Origin: Diplonema japonicum
Lineage: Eukaryota > Protista > Euglenozoa: Diplonemea
Direction of reading: 5' to 3'
NCBI GenBank assembly: GCA_964019335.1
Contig: OZ025697.1
Coordinates: 248,001-312,000 of the forward strand
DNA length: 64,000 nucleotides
Shown: piece by piece, positions 34,785 through 45,968 of the stretch
Position numbering within the stretch: the first letter of the stretch is position 1
Layout of the letters: each line of letters begins with the position of its first letter
The notes under the pieces: model-generated
The model's database searches: none
Told to the model about the DNA's origin: nothing
The model's input: the letters and a program-made list of their open reading frames with translations, nothing else
Made by a program: the position numbers and the translations under genes

Positions 34785-36196
34785 CTCCATTATTCTTTAT
34801 TCATACCACCGGCGGAGAAGAACACCTACTCCCAACGCTCCTGATCAACTGCAGCATCGTGTTGAAGGCGCAGAGATTGAAGGACGTAAGTTTCTGTGTG
34901 GATTATTCCCCCTTGATTTTTTTTTTTTTTTTTTTTTCCCCAACATACCGTTGTTCCAGTTTCAGGCACCATCGTCACTGCGGTTGGGTAACACTGCGAC
35001 GCGAGGTATTTGCACAACTTCTCGAAGACATTGGGACAGCCCATGTTCAGGTCGTAGGTGCGCACAAGGAAGACAGGGAAGGAATCGATGCTGCAGAACT
35101 CCATCAAGGTCTCCAAGATGACCTCCTTGATCTCCATGGACTGTATGTCGGTCGGCGTGTCGTCTTTCAGATACGTTCCGAGGAGGAAGGCCAAGAGCTG
35201 AGGCCCGATGTGGTCACCACAGTACATTGCAGCAAGCTGAACAGTGTGGAGCATCTGCGCGATGACGACTACATTGTCCATAGTACTGCTAACAGAGAGA
35301 AGGGCACGGCACAACTGGTTCTGGATCACCGTGAGCAAAGGCTTGCATCTCTCTTCAGTAAGACAGCTTTTGAGCGTGGCAAGACTGTGGTAGACGAGCG
35401 TGAGCCCAGCGTACTTTGTGGCAGCAAGCTGTGTTTTAAAAGGAAGAGCAGACCCATCGCTCGGATCACTGTGCGGTGCATACGCCGGACCCAGCAACCT
35501 TGTGAGCGTCTCTGCCTCCGTCGATATCATACTGACAATGAACTCGAACACCCGTTCAAAACAGTGTGGAGCGGTGCCCCGTACCACGCATTCGTACAAG
35601 TGCGTGATCATGTCGTTGGTGGTGGCGTCGGCGGTGTGGCGAAGAAGTTCTGAGGGTGCACCATGCATGGCGATTGCAAAGCAGCCTTGCAGTATGTTGA
35701 GTATTATGTCTTCAGGTAAGCACACGCCCAGAGGATGGCACACGCATGCCTTCAACACTTGAAGGATTCTCCCCAAGACCGCTTCATGGGATTGCGCGTC
35801 AGCCACTTCGCTTTTCACTTCCAAAGCAGCAGTTGCGATACCTATGATAGTCGGTACGTCCACAAATGAGAGCTTCATTTCAAGAAATGTTGCAAGCCCG
35901 CTCAACGCGACACCTGTGATAGGTCCTGTTGTCTCCTCGGACTTGGAGACCTCGAGGAACGGTTGCAGGATCCTCGAATGGACAAGTGGTTGGTTTGTGT
36001 TCAGAAGGTCCTTACGCAAGGTTTTGATGCTCGTCATCAGCTTGTGGCTGCCCTCTTTCCCGAAGTCGCCAAACCTCTGCTTCGAGCAAAACAGCGAATT
36101 CGTTCTCAGGGCCAGGATCAAGTTGTGCGACTGTGTCACGATAATCGCCTTGTCCCTGTGCCATTCTTCCTGCGCTGACCTCTGCTGATCAGCCAT
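31392..36196 (-). CDS. GBF1: Large Sec7 Arf-GEF, GBF1/GEA/GNOM type, ~1530 aa, 5 exons
   Basis: DCB (PFLEVSKSEETTGPITGVAL), HUS-box-like YDLNMGCPNVFE, Sec7 FLLPGEAQRIDRLME and IMLNTDLHS. Introns 34894-34948, 34748-34806, 32867-32910, 32706-32759 join three ORFs in frame. Confidence 0.92.
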
Positions 36197-36318
36197 GGAG
36201 CCCCTCCCCCTTAGTAGGTTTTTAGGTTTGTGGAAGGGGCAACGGATTTGGGGGGAATTATAAAAAAAGGAGGGGAAAAAAAAAAAAAAAGAAAAAAAAA
36301 AAAAACACTTTTTTTTTC

Positions 36319-36819
36319 TTTATTTCACTCTTCGTCATTTTCTTCACTCACTAGGGGCCTCATTATTTAACGCGAAATGGCCATTATTAACTAGTTAAAT
36401 AATGAGATTTTGCAGTTAAATAATGGCCCTTCAGAGTGAAAAAATGGGTCTTGTCGTGGAAAAAAATGCACCCAACCCCTTGAAAAACTTTTTTGGGGTG
36501 GGGGTATTTTGACTATTTTTGGCCATCTGAGGCCATTCCAGCCCTTAAAAGTGGGAATAAGTGCCTCACTTCCCCTTTAAATGCCACGGCGAAATAGCTA
36601 CCCTTATTACCTTAGGAAAATCCCCAAAAAGCTGACCTGCGTGAAAAAAAAAACAGCAGTGAAAGCAGTGAAGAGTGAGTGACTCAAATGACGAAAAGTG
36701 AAATAAAACGACTTACTTGCCGCCAAATGAGCCATTATTTAACACTCGTTACCGTTTTTAAAAATTCGGGAACTCGAGTTAAATAATGACTCATTATTTG
36801 TTGGCAATAAATAGCTATT
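36319..36819 (+). mobile_element. Non-autonomous Crypton-like element, same family as 1895-3183
   Basis: IR TTTATTTCACTCTTCGTCATTT..TCACTCACT (36319-36352) vs 36674-36707. Linker AAATAAAACGACTTAC, hairpin ~36717-36807 and end TTGTTGGCAATAAATAGCTATT, nearly identical to the 3' end of the 1895-3183 element. Confidence 0.85.
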
Positions 36820-36828
36820 TCTTTTTTG

Positions 36829-37230
36829 TTATGGCTCATCTAGGAGTTGGTCTATTATCTCCCGCAGGGTTGCTATTTCTTCGTCTTTCTTTTGTATTAT
36901 TTGTAGAAGGGTTGCCGGGTCGGTTTCAGGGTCTTTTCGGGGTGTTGTGTTTTCGGTTATTCGGTTCAGCAATGTGGAGGTGAGCTGCGCCTGCCGCTCC
37001 ACCCGGCTGCAGGCTGCTTTGTTGATGAAGCAAATCACTTTTTCGCTGTCTACTTCTTTAGGTATTTTCACCACCTTGCCAGACCCATCGTTTCTTCGGA
37101 GTCCTACTTTGCCCCCTTCTACTCTCTCGGCGAACTCAACTTCAAGTTCCTCATCTCCTAGCCATACTCTCCCCTTTTCTAATTTTAGAGTGGCGCTGCT
37201 GTCTGCAGCTGTGTAGCAGTTTACTTCCAT
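36829..37230 (-). CDS. Hypothetical protein, 133 aa, C-terminal coiled coil
   Basis: ATG 37230 (MEVNCYTAADSS..), protein-like composition. Confidence 0.65.
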   Translation of the reverse strand: MEVNCYTAADSSATLKLEKGRVWLGDEELEVEFAERVEGGKVGLRRNDGSGKVVKIPKEVDSEKVICFINKAACSRVERQAQLTSTLLNRITENTTPRKDPETDPATLLQIIQKKDEEIATLREIIDQLLDEP

Positions 37231-38012
37231 TCCCCGTAGAGGCTGCCCTCTCGCCTTTGAGCTTTGTTTTTTTTTTTTTGTTGCAGATAAGAAAGAAAGA
37301 AAAAAAAAAAAAAAAAAAAAAAAGAGAGAGAAAATAAGTATGAGCTCGTCCGGATTTAAAATGGCAAACACTTTTTTTTTTTGTTTTTGTTTTGATTGTC
37401 CCCTCCTGCGGTTCTTTCCCCCGGGAAGCAAAAAAGAACGGAGGTCCGAAAAAATGGGGGGAAATGTTTAAACTGCAATTTTAAAAACCAAAATACAGAT
37501 TGGTTTTCAAGTGCTTAAAGTTCTTCCGGGGGTTTTCTGCAGAACAGGAGGTTATTTGTTGACATTTCTTTCCGGACGAGCTCATTTAGAAGGGAAAAAA
37601 AAAGAGGAGAGAAAAAAAGAAAGAAAAAGGAGCGGAGGTGAAAAAAAAGGAAGCTTGGTTTCTTTTTTTTTTCACTACCCTTACTTTTCCTCTACCCCCC
37701 CCCCCCCCCCGGGGAAAAGGAGATATTGCGAGAAGAAGAAAAAAAAATAAACAAAACAAAAAACTATCCTGGATTTCTTTTTTTTGCTGCGCACTACTAT
37801 TTTTATAAAAAAAAGGTTTAGGCAAACTGCATCCCCCCCTCCACGAATAGTTTTAAATACCGAAGAAACAATAAAAAAAAAAAGAAAAAAAGAAAAAAAA
37901 AAAAAAAAAAAAAAAAAAAAACGTGTAAATGGTTTTGTTTACATTGGAGGGTTCATCCTCAGAAAGCCAGAAAAATAAATTAAGGAGAGGAGAAAGAAAA
38001 AAAAATGGCATC

Positions 38013-40955
38013 TTAAGTGTTATCTATAGGTTCGATCCTGGCAAGGAGAAAATTTTCCCAGAGCTCAGTATGGCGCTGGTCACTCGACTCACATATTGCA
38101 AGGCCTTCATACGGGGAACAGGGAGGCAGGATGAGCGCAGAATCTAAGTTCAGCGTCACAACATATAGATCCCCGTTCATAGTGTGCCGCACGATGGGGG
38201 TAACCTCGAGACAGTCATAGGGAACAGACACATGCCTCGTGTGGATAGGCAGCACACAATGCACATTGAAACACATCATAGATTCGTGAACGTCGCTGAA
38301 GCTCAAGACCAGCCCCCACCCCATTCGGTACATCATCAACAGCGCCACGAGGAACATTACAATGAAGGGAGAAATCACCACCATCGACACCTCAAGCTGT
38401 GTAAGCATCACTGTACCCAGAAAGAGCGACAAAATCCCGAAGCTTCCTATTATGACTAGTATTGCCTGAGAAGGGGGCTTCTCAACCCGCCACTGTCCTT
38501 CCTTTTCCATCACGACTCCATTGGGGAGAGTGACCTTACGGTGAGTAGTACGTGAGTTCTCAGTCTCACTTTCGTCACGGCTGCCAACCATTACGCCTGT
38601 CAGCGATGTCAAGGAAGACCTGCAACTGCAACTTGATGCTGTCACATCCACCGAACCACTATACTCCCGCTGGTGTTTTCTTGGAAGGTTCTCTTTCGTC
38701 ACAACCGGCATCACCGGGCTGTTGATCGACAGTACATCCAAAGCATTTCTTTCTGTTAGTGTTAAGCCCTGCAAATCGTCTGAGAGGCCCCCCATCGAAG
38801 GGGACGGCATCGAGTCAAACACCAACGCAGAACCCGCCGTCAGCGAGGTGGTGAACCTACTCGCAACACAACTCGTACCGTGCCATGTCGTCGCTGCTGA
38901 GGACGAGCCATCTATCCGAAGAGATGGGACGAGAGACGACTCGACGTGTGACTGCTCCGTCACCACTGTAGCCGCTAGCGAGCGGGCTGACTCAGATGAG
39001 TGCTCAGTGTCGATGGCCGGAGACAGTACGGCATCAGTTAGCATATTAGGAGTGTGGAGCTCCAAACACCTTGAGAGGTCGGTCTGGTTTTCTGGAACCG
39101 GAGCTGTTTTCTGGGAACTGCGAGGCTGCGGGTCGTTGTTCTGTAGCTGCGTCACTTCCACTGTCGACGGGTTTGCTGTTTTCGCTGAATCCAAGACAGG
39201 GGCTAGTGCAACTGGCGTTGAAGTCGAGGTGGTTAATGTAGGGTCTGGGACTGGTACTGTAGGACATGGGGCTGGCACGCTGGGATCTGAGGGAACGGCA
39301 GCTGCAGAACTCGAGGCATCTGGTGCTGGTACTGAAGCAGCCAAGGCCACCACTGTCGTCATCACTGACGATTGCACATTGAGTTCTGGCATCGGTGCAG
39401 GTAGCGCTGGTTGGCATGCCGGCTCCGGTGAACTGGCCTGGTCTGGAGCCACCTGCGATGCTTGGTAAATGCTTGGTAGATCAAGCGCAGGTTGTAAGTA
39501 TGGTGCCTTCTGTGGTACTTCTGTAGCCTGTATCCCAGCTCCAGTAGATGAACAGCGTAACGCTTCTTGCACTTCCTGTAGCTCTTCTGTGGACTCACCT
39601 GAGATTAGCGTCTGCGACACTACCTGCGATGAAGGCTGTGAAGGCGCTGCTTGCGTTGCTAAGATCTCTGAAGGAGGACCCATAGGTTCTTCCTGTTCTG
39701 CCTGTTCGCCCTGTTGGCTGATGCTGTCTGCTTTCGAATCTGTTCTCCCTTTTTCATGCATTTCACACACTGAACTCACAACACTCTCACTACTGTCACA
39801 CCTTGCGGTTAGTGGTTGTTCCAGCTTGATGAGCGCTTCCTGCACGACAATAGCACTGTCATGTGGGGCTCCTTTGTCCAAGGATCGTGACCTTGATGAT
39901 ATCAAGGCACGGGGGGGTCTGAATAACACACATGTGGACGGGTCCCTGGCCGACAGTACGGGGCTGGTGAAGACACGAGTTGGTCGGAGGCACTCATTCC
40001 CGCTACAGTCACGCGCCGTATAGAAGGACTCCACAGGGCTCCACATGGAAATCTCGAGCCCCCTCTCTCTGTTTGTTTTGACAACTAATTCTTGCTCAAG
40101 CGCCATCCGGCAGTTGGCAACCTTCATCTTCGCTGACATGACGCGAGCAGCGCGCTGCATTACTTCTGAAGCCAACACGCAAAGATCCTGCATCTGCCCC
40201 TCCTTCATAGATGCAAGGCCCGAGAGACACCACAAAAGCAAGGACTTTCGCTCGTGGACAAATTCGTTGAAGAGTTCGAGAACATTAGTGAGAGAGGCAC
40301 GGGTGTGCCGTTCCAACCCGTCTATATAGTATCTAGAATGTGTTTCTCTCCCCGAGAGTTGAGAGATGGCGGTTTCGAGGTGGAACAGGGGGGGAACGTC
40401 GTCCACTGAAAGCGGGCTAGCGACGGGCAGTCTTCTGACTCGTGTTGAGCGGGCCAGCTGTCTGCGGACGATTTCCCTGCATGCAAGCCACCTCCGGGCG
40501 ACACGCTGCATTGTAAGGCACGCGGTGCCCTCCTTGTTGACAGGGATGAGCGAAGAGACCTGTCGCTGGAGGTAGTTCACTCTCTCCAAGATGAGGTTCT
40601 CCCTCTCCGTCACACTTGTTTGGTTCAACCGCAACTCGTTCTTAATCTCTTCAAGGCCTGAGATGAGGTTCCTGTCAAGAGCCAGCGGGGGCGGGGTGGG
40701 CATGAAACTAAGTTCGCTCACAGGGGTTCTCAACTGTCTCATGACGTCTCTTCTATTTATGCCGGGTGACCCGAAAGCCCGACTTGAAGGGCGTGTGCGA
40801 AGTTCTGGTGAAGTGCCCGGTGTGTAGTACACTGTGCTGCTTGACTGGGGTCGTAGGTCGGGTGTCATGGGTGTTCTTTGCAGTCTTCGGAAGGCATACG
40901 CCTCAGGGTCCAGAGGCATTTCATTTATCCAGTCGCTTATGGGGCTGCGGTTCAT
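38013..40955 (-). CDS. Hypothetical 980-aa protein with IQ-like motifs, Pro/Ser/Thr linker and two C-terminal TM helices
   Basis: Long ORF. MQRVARRWLACR and MQRAARVMSAK IQ-like motifs. Confidence 0.85.
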   Translation of the reverse strand: MNRSPISDWINEMPLDPEAYAFRRLQRTPMTPDLRPQSSSTVYYTPGTSPELRTRPSSRAFGSPGINRRDVMRQLRTPVSELSFMPTPPPLALDRNLISGLEEIKNELRLNQTSVTERENLILERVNYLQRQVSSLIPVNKEGTACLTMQRVARRWLACREIVRRQLARSTRVRRLPVASPLSVDDVPPLFHLETAISQLSGRETHSRYYIDGLERHTRASLTNVLELFNEFVHERKSLLLWCLSGLASMKEGQMQDLCVLASEVMQRAARVMSAKMKVANCRMALEQELVVKTNRERGLEISMWSPVESFYTARDCSGNECLRPTRVFTSPVLSARDPSTCVLFRPPRALISSRSRSLDKGAPHDSAIVVQEALIKLEQPLTARCDSSESVVSSVCEMHEKGRTDSKADSISQQGEQAEQEEPMGPPSEILATQAAPSQPSSQVVSQTLISGESTEELQEVQEALRCSSTGAGIQATEVPQKAPYLQPALDLPSIYQASQVAPDQASSPEPACQPALPAPMPELNVQSSVMTTVVALAASVPAPDASSSAAAVPSDPSVPAPCPTVPVPDPTLTTSTSTPVALAPVLDSAKTANPSTVEVTQLQNNDPQPRSSQKTAPVPENQTDLSRCLELHTPNMLTDAVLSPAIDTEHSSESARSLAATVVTEQSHVESSLVPSLRIDGSSSAATTWHGTSCVASRFTTSLTAGSALVFDSMPSPSMGGLSDDLQGLTLTERNALDVLSINSPVMPVVTKENLPRKHQREYSGSVDVTASSCSCRSSLTSLTGVMVGSRDESETENSRTTHRKVTLPNGVVMEKEGQWRVEKPPSQAILVIIGSFGILSLFLGTVMLTQLEVSMVVISPFIVMFLVALLMMYRMGWGLVLSFSDVHESMMCFNVHCVLPIHTRHVSVPYDCLEVTPIVRHTMNGDLYVVTLNLDSALILPPCSPYEGLAICESSDQRHTELWENFLLARIEPIDNT

Positions 40956-41002
40956 TTGAACTTAGAATGCGTCGCCGCAGTCACCATTGTAAGCACCCTG
41001 TG

Positions 41003-41065
41003 CTGCGTTTTAGAAAGAAAGTTACCGGGAAAGGGTGGGAAAGAAAAAAAAGAGAAAAAAAAAAG
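41003..41065 (-). promoter_or_regulatory. Putative SL trans-splice acceptor (polypyrimidine tract + CTAAAACGCAG)
   Basis: Pyrimidine run starting just after the upstream stop and ending in CAG ~48 nt before ATG 40955. Confidence 0.5.
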
Positions 41066-41070
41066 TCCCT

Positions 41071-41615
41071 TCACCTGACGGTATGCGGAAGCTTCCGTCC
41101 CTTGTTCCGAAACATTCTGTCCCTTCCACAAAAGCTGTGGTCGTCGAGGCGGCGAAAATAGCTGCCTGGGCCCTTTTTTTTTTGTTTTGTTTTGTTTGTT
41201 TGAAGTGCAATACCAAGCCATTCCAAGAGGTGAACAAGTTCACCATCCCGCAGTGAGTTTCAATTTTCCTGCTTTCCTTCCCGATCTTCCCACCACTTTT
41301 CTTGGGAGGTGCCGGCACGTTGTAGTGCCCCGGCCCAGGGGTGTGTAGGTTGCTCTCATAAACATTATTGATGCCGCCAGAGGTTTGTACCAAAGACTGC
41401 ACGGATGGACTGATCGCGGTCAGCGAGGCGTTGGCCACCCCTGGAGGGGGGATGTAACCACCCAAGGTTTTGGCAAACTTCGGTTTTGCAGTCGCCTTTG
41501 TTGCTAGTACAGGTAACCCAATGCCCGACTCTTCCTGCGGTGACACAACTGTCCTTGCAGGCTGCAGAGCACTACCGGTACTGTACAGTCGGAGCTCACG
41601 TCCGTGAGGTGACAT
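41071..41615 (-). CDS. Small SHIPPO/STPG-repeat protein (likely flagellar), 2 exons
   Basis: TPGPGHY in exon 1. Intron 41173-41213 (AAG acceptor) yields a second motif L|GPGSY. Confidence 0.75.
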
Positions 41616-41790
41616 GTCTGTGTCGGTACACAAGCACGGGAAAAATGTTTCTTTGCCCCCCCCCCCCCCCCCCTCCCCCGAGAGGTTTCTTATTTTTTTA
41701 AAAGATTTTTATTTCTCCTTTTGGTGGAATGAGCCAAAAAAAAAAAAAAAATACGAAAGGGAAAAAAAAGGGGGGGGAGGAAAACTCTTC

Positions 41791-41929
41791 TCACGCTTTT
41801 TTTGCGTATTTTCGCTCGAAATCCCTGCCAGCAGAACTGAGCAACCATCGGTTTCTGTGCTTCACGTACGTGCGGTAGAAAAGCCCATAGTTGGACGCAT
41901 CGGGGAAGAATTGCGAGGTGGAAGAAGTG

Positions 41930-41969
<40 letters not shown>

Positions 41970-42681
41970 CCCACATACATAGTGCAGCCTCAGCGTACAG
42001 TACCCATTGCCAGGGGACACACTGAGCACGTAAGTTCGTTCCTCCCACGGGTCGGGTGAGAGGACAAGAGATCGACCGCAGATCTGGTTTGCATCCGCCC
42101 CTCCAAGCTGCTTCCTTGCATTGTTGTTCACCAAGCCCTCCCTTCGGTGAGCGAAATACCCCCCAATGGTGTCACCAATGAACTCCCCTTCGGAAGGCGC
42201 TGCTACCTTTTCCGTCTCCTTAAAACCCAATATTTTCTTCCACCAAGGGAATTCCCTCTGCTCAGCCGACCCCATTTTGATGTTGTCAAAACCTGAAGGC
42301 GGCCGGAACATGCACGATGCGAGATCGGCATCGGAGTATACGTCTAGTGGTTCATCCAGACCCCGTTCCCTTTTCTCGAGGGTTCGTACCCACGAGCCCA
42401 TCACTGACCGCGCGAACTCCTTTTTTTTTTTTTTTTTTTCTTTTGTCGGCATACTGTCAGGACTTCATCGTCGTCATATTCCTTCCCAGGAGGAATCGCT
42501 GCTTGGTACTGAAAGCTTGTCAGAAAACCGGTCCCCTCTTTTTTTAAGAGGTGGAAGTACCAGTCGGTCAACCTGTGGTCCTGTGAAAGGTGCACCGCGT
42601 CATGTCTTGAAAATATCCCTCCTTCCATCATCGAGCTGTGGAGGGGGGGGGGGGGGGGAGAAGGGGGTGAAAATTAAGAGG

Positions 42682-42712
<31 letters not shown>

Positions 42713-42857
42713 CGTACCTTCTACAGTACCCCGCATACAACACCAGGTATAACGCAGAACCTTGCAGCCCCCTCGCTGCAAGCCACCATCCCCACCCACC
42801 GCTTGACTTTCCCAACCTTATCCTCGCCAATGGGTGCAACGGCACTGATCCTGACAT
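41791..42857 (-). CDS. Hypothetical 300-aa protein, 4 exons
   Basis: Introns 42636-42717, 42420-42454, 41932-41978 join four ORF pieces with consistent phases. Confidence 0.78.
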
Positions 42858-43363
42858 TTTTTTTTTCTTTCTCCCGCTCCTCCTTTTTTTTTTTCTTCTT
42901 CTTTTTTGACCAAATAACTTTTTTCCACCCAAGTCTGTACCACTTTTTTACGGTAACCCATAACTTTTTTTTAATTGTAAAATTTCCACTTATCTTTATT
43001 TTCACTAAACCATGTAAGCAGGAACTTTTTTTTTTCCCACCGTCCACTACGGAGTCCTTGTGCATTTCAAAGAAGCTATCGGTGCGATGGCCTCCTTATG
43101 CTCACTTTTGCTCTTTCCTGTAGAAACTAAAAAAAAAAAAGTGGAAGGAGTACTCAGAAGGACAAAGCTCTGCTAAAGTACCTTTCTACATCAAATGTTG
43201 TTTGCCCCCTCCTTGCTACATTTCATAAGAGGGTACTGTTGGACGGTGGGATTTCTTTTTTTTTTTTTTTCTTTTTTTTTATTTGGTTACTATTTCTTTA
43301 TTTTGAAAACTCCGCTCAGGAAAAAAAAAGAAAAAAAAATACAATATCGGAAGGAGAGAGAAA

Positions 43364-43409
<46 letters not shown>

Positions 43410-43412
43410 TAG

Positions 43413-43877
43413 TCACACGAATATGACTCCTATAGATTCTGAAAGGACACCTCTCTCGGGGCACCCAACTGGGTACTCCCACACAGCGCTGTACTTCACT
43501 GGCCGAGTGTTCATTTTAGCAGGCCTTGTCGGTGGTTTAAAGGACAAGTCATGAAGTGTGCAGGGATCGTCCTCTTTTAAGATGCTTCTAGTTTTGCGTG
43601 TAGGTTGGGTGGAGTGCAATGTAATATCATTCTGGTGAAGGTGTCCTCTCCTCCTTGGTTTGTCCATTGGTGTGTATTTGCTGCCCTCTGCAATTGCTTT
43701 CTGCAGCCGGGGTCCTCTTGTGGTTACCAAAGAGTTGTAGTAAGTGCTGTGGCCGTCCCCATATTCACCTTCGCTCTGGCTGTCACAGAGACCACGTGAT
43801 TTCAGGATACTTTTCAACCCTTCAGTTTTGCGCATCTCTCGTACTTTGAACCTTCGGTTTCCCGAGTAGTGTATCAT
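43413..43877 (-). CDS. Hypothetical basic protein, 154 aa
   Basis: ORF of normal complexity between homopolymer spacers. Confidence 0.65.
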   Translation of the reverse strand: MIHYSGNRRFKVREMRKTEGLKSILKSRGLCDSQSEGEYGDGHSTYYNSLVTTRGPRLQKAIAEGSKYTPMDKPRRRGHLHQNDITLHSTQPTRKTRSILKEDDPCTLHDLSFKPPTRPAKMNTRPVKYSAVWEYPVGCPERGVLSESIGVIFV

Positions 43878-44556
43878 CTTTTTTTGTTTGTTTTTTTTTC
43901 CGCCCTTTTTTTTTTTGTTTCGACATATGGAGAAAAAAAAAAAAGGAAAAAAAGGAACGTGGGTTGGTTAACAATGTGGGTGGGGGGGGAGGGGAATGGA
44001 GGGAAAAAAAAAAAAAGAAAAAAAGAAAAATGGTGGAGAAAAAAAGGAAAGGGAGGGACAACAAAAATAAAAATAAAAAGGGAGGAAAAACAGGAGGCGG
44101 GGGGATTTAAAAAAAAAAGAAAAAAAAAAGGGGTAAAAATAAAAAATAAATCGCTGTTGCTCTTTTTTTTTTTTTTTCTCTTTTTTTTTTTGTCTCTCCC
44201 TCATATCCACAAGTACCATTCCTGGTACATTGAACACGTAGGGGTGTGTGTTGTGGGTGCTGGGTAGCAAGGCGTGCCCTACATTGGATGGCGACTGAAT
44301 ACCCCCTGTCAATAAAAAAAAAAGAAGAAAAAAAAAAGAGAAAGGTTAGAAGGAAGAGAGTCAGAGAGAGAGAGAGAGAAGACAAACAAAAAAAGCGTTT
44401 TTTTTTTTTTTTTCTCTTTTTCCCTTTACTTTTTTCTTCTTCTTATAGCACACGACCCACCAAAACAAAACTATCTAACTTTTGGGGAAATGCTTTCTTT
44501 TTCATTTTTTTTTTTCCAGTTTTTTTTTTCTTCCTCTTCTTTCCTTTGAGAAGTGG

Positions 44557-44608
<52 letters not shown>

Positions 44609-45925
44609 TGCTCTTGGCGTGTGTGGATTTTTTCTTTCTTCTCTTCTTTTTTTTTTCTTTCCATCATTCATCTTTCTTTCTGTTCTCTCTTCCCTTTTCT
44701 CAAAGTAATGCTATCACCCCATCTTCTTCTTATTCAAAATGTTGGTCTCCAAGGGAACTCAGCCCGCCGGAGAGAGCAGCACGAAATTCTTTTGTTTTTC
44801 AGGTGCATTTTGCCCGGAGATCTAATTGTGAAGGAGGGGGTGGGATGGTGGGGGGGGGGGGGGGGGTGGGATCATCGCACTTACGTCCGTCTCTCAAACG
44901 TTTCTAGTTGTGTGTGAAAGAATAAGGGCTTTCTTTTAGGAAAAGAAGGACAGAGCCTTCTCTATGTAAGCGCCGACTCTCCTGCGCTTTGGCATAACAA
45001 CGGGGATAATGGAAGAGAAGGGACATAAAAAAAAGTAAAAAAAAAAAAAAAAAAGTGTCTGTAGGGAGGTGCTAAAGGAAAAGAGTAACAGGGGGGGGGT
45101 AGAAAAAAAAGAGGGGGTAAAAACTCTAATTTCTTTTTTTTTTTTTTTTTCCTGTATCTTTTTTTTTTTTTTTTTTTTTTTTGATCGCTCTTATTTTTGC
45201 CCCCTCTTTCCCCCCGTCACTTTTCCCCCATTCATTGAGAGCTCATGCTTCGGGTTTTGGGGAAATAAGAAAAAAAAAAAAAAAAAAAAAGAACAAGCAC
45301 AATGCTTGGAGCTGTCGAGCTCTATCGCAGATAGGTGGAAAGGGTACAAGAGGAAAGAGAGGGCATAAAAAAGAGTCGAAAAAACCCAAAAAAAATAAAG
45401 ATAAAAAGGGGAGAAGGAAAAAAAGGGGGGGAGGGGGAGTGAAAGAAGTGTGTTCGGATACTTGAACAAAGGTATGGAAAATGCTATAAGAAAGGGGAGA
45501 GGAGAGGGTTTTTTTTTTTTTTTTTTTTTTTGCTGAGCAGGAAAGATTGTTAAAGAAAACTATTTTGTGGAAAAAAAAGGGGGGGTGGTGGGGGGGAAAA
45601 GGAGCAAAAAGGAAACAAATAAGGAAATGTGTATAAGACAAGAAGTAAAAAAAAAAAAAAAAAAAAAAATAATTAGAAGCAGTCATGTCAACTTCTTCAG
45701 GTTCTTTTTTTTTTCAATGGAAAGGGGAAGGTGCCCCCCTTTTTTTTTTCTTTCCCTCTTTCGTTCTTCTTCTTTCACAGTCTTCTAATCCCAACACAGG
45801 GGAACTAAGAGAAAAGCTTTTTTTTTCTTTCACATTTTTTCTTCACTCAGTAATTTCTCCCCCTCCCCCCCATTTTTCCTCGTCACGAGATGCTATAAAA
45901 AAAACTTTTTTGGGAATGGAGATTC

Positions 45926-45968
<43 letters not shown>

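Noticed and set aside
40952-41075. Possible intron and stop-readthrough fusing the SHIPPO gene to the 980-aa ORF
   Set aside because: The AAG acceptor at 41173 gives a better protein (GPGSY) ending at 41071; the Y-tract is better read as an intergenic acceptor.
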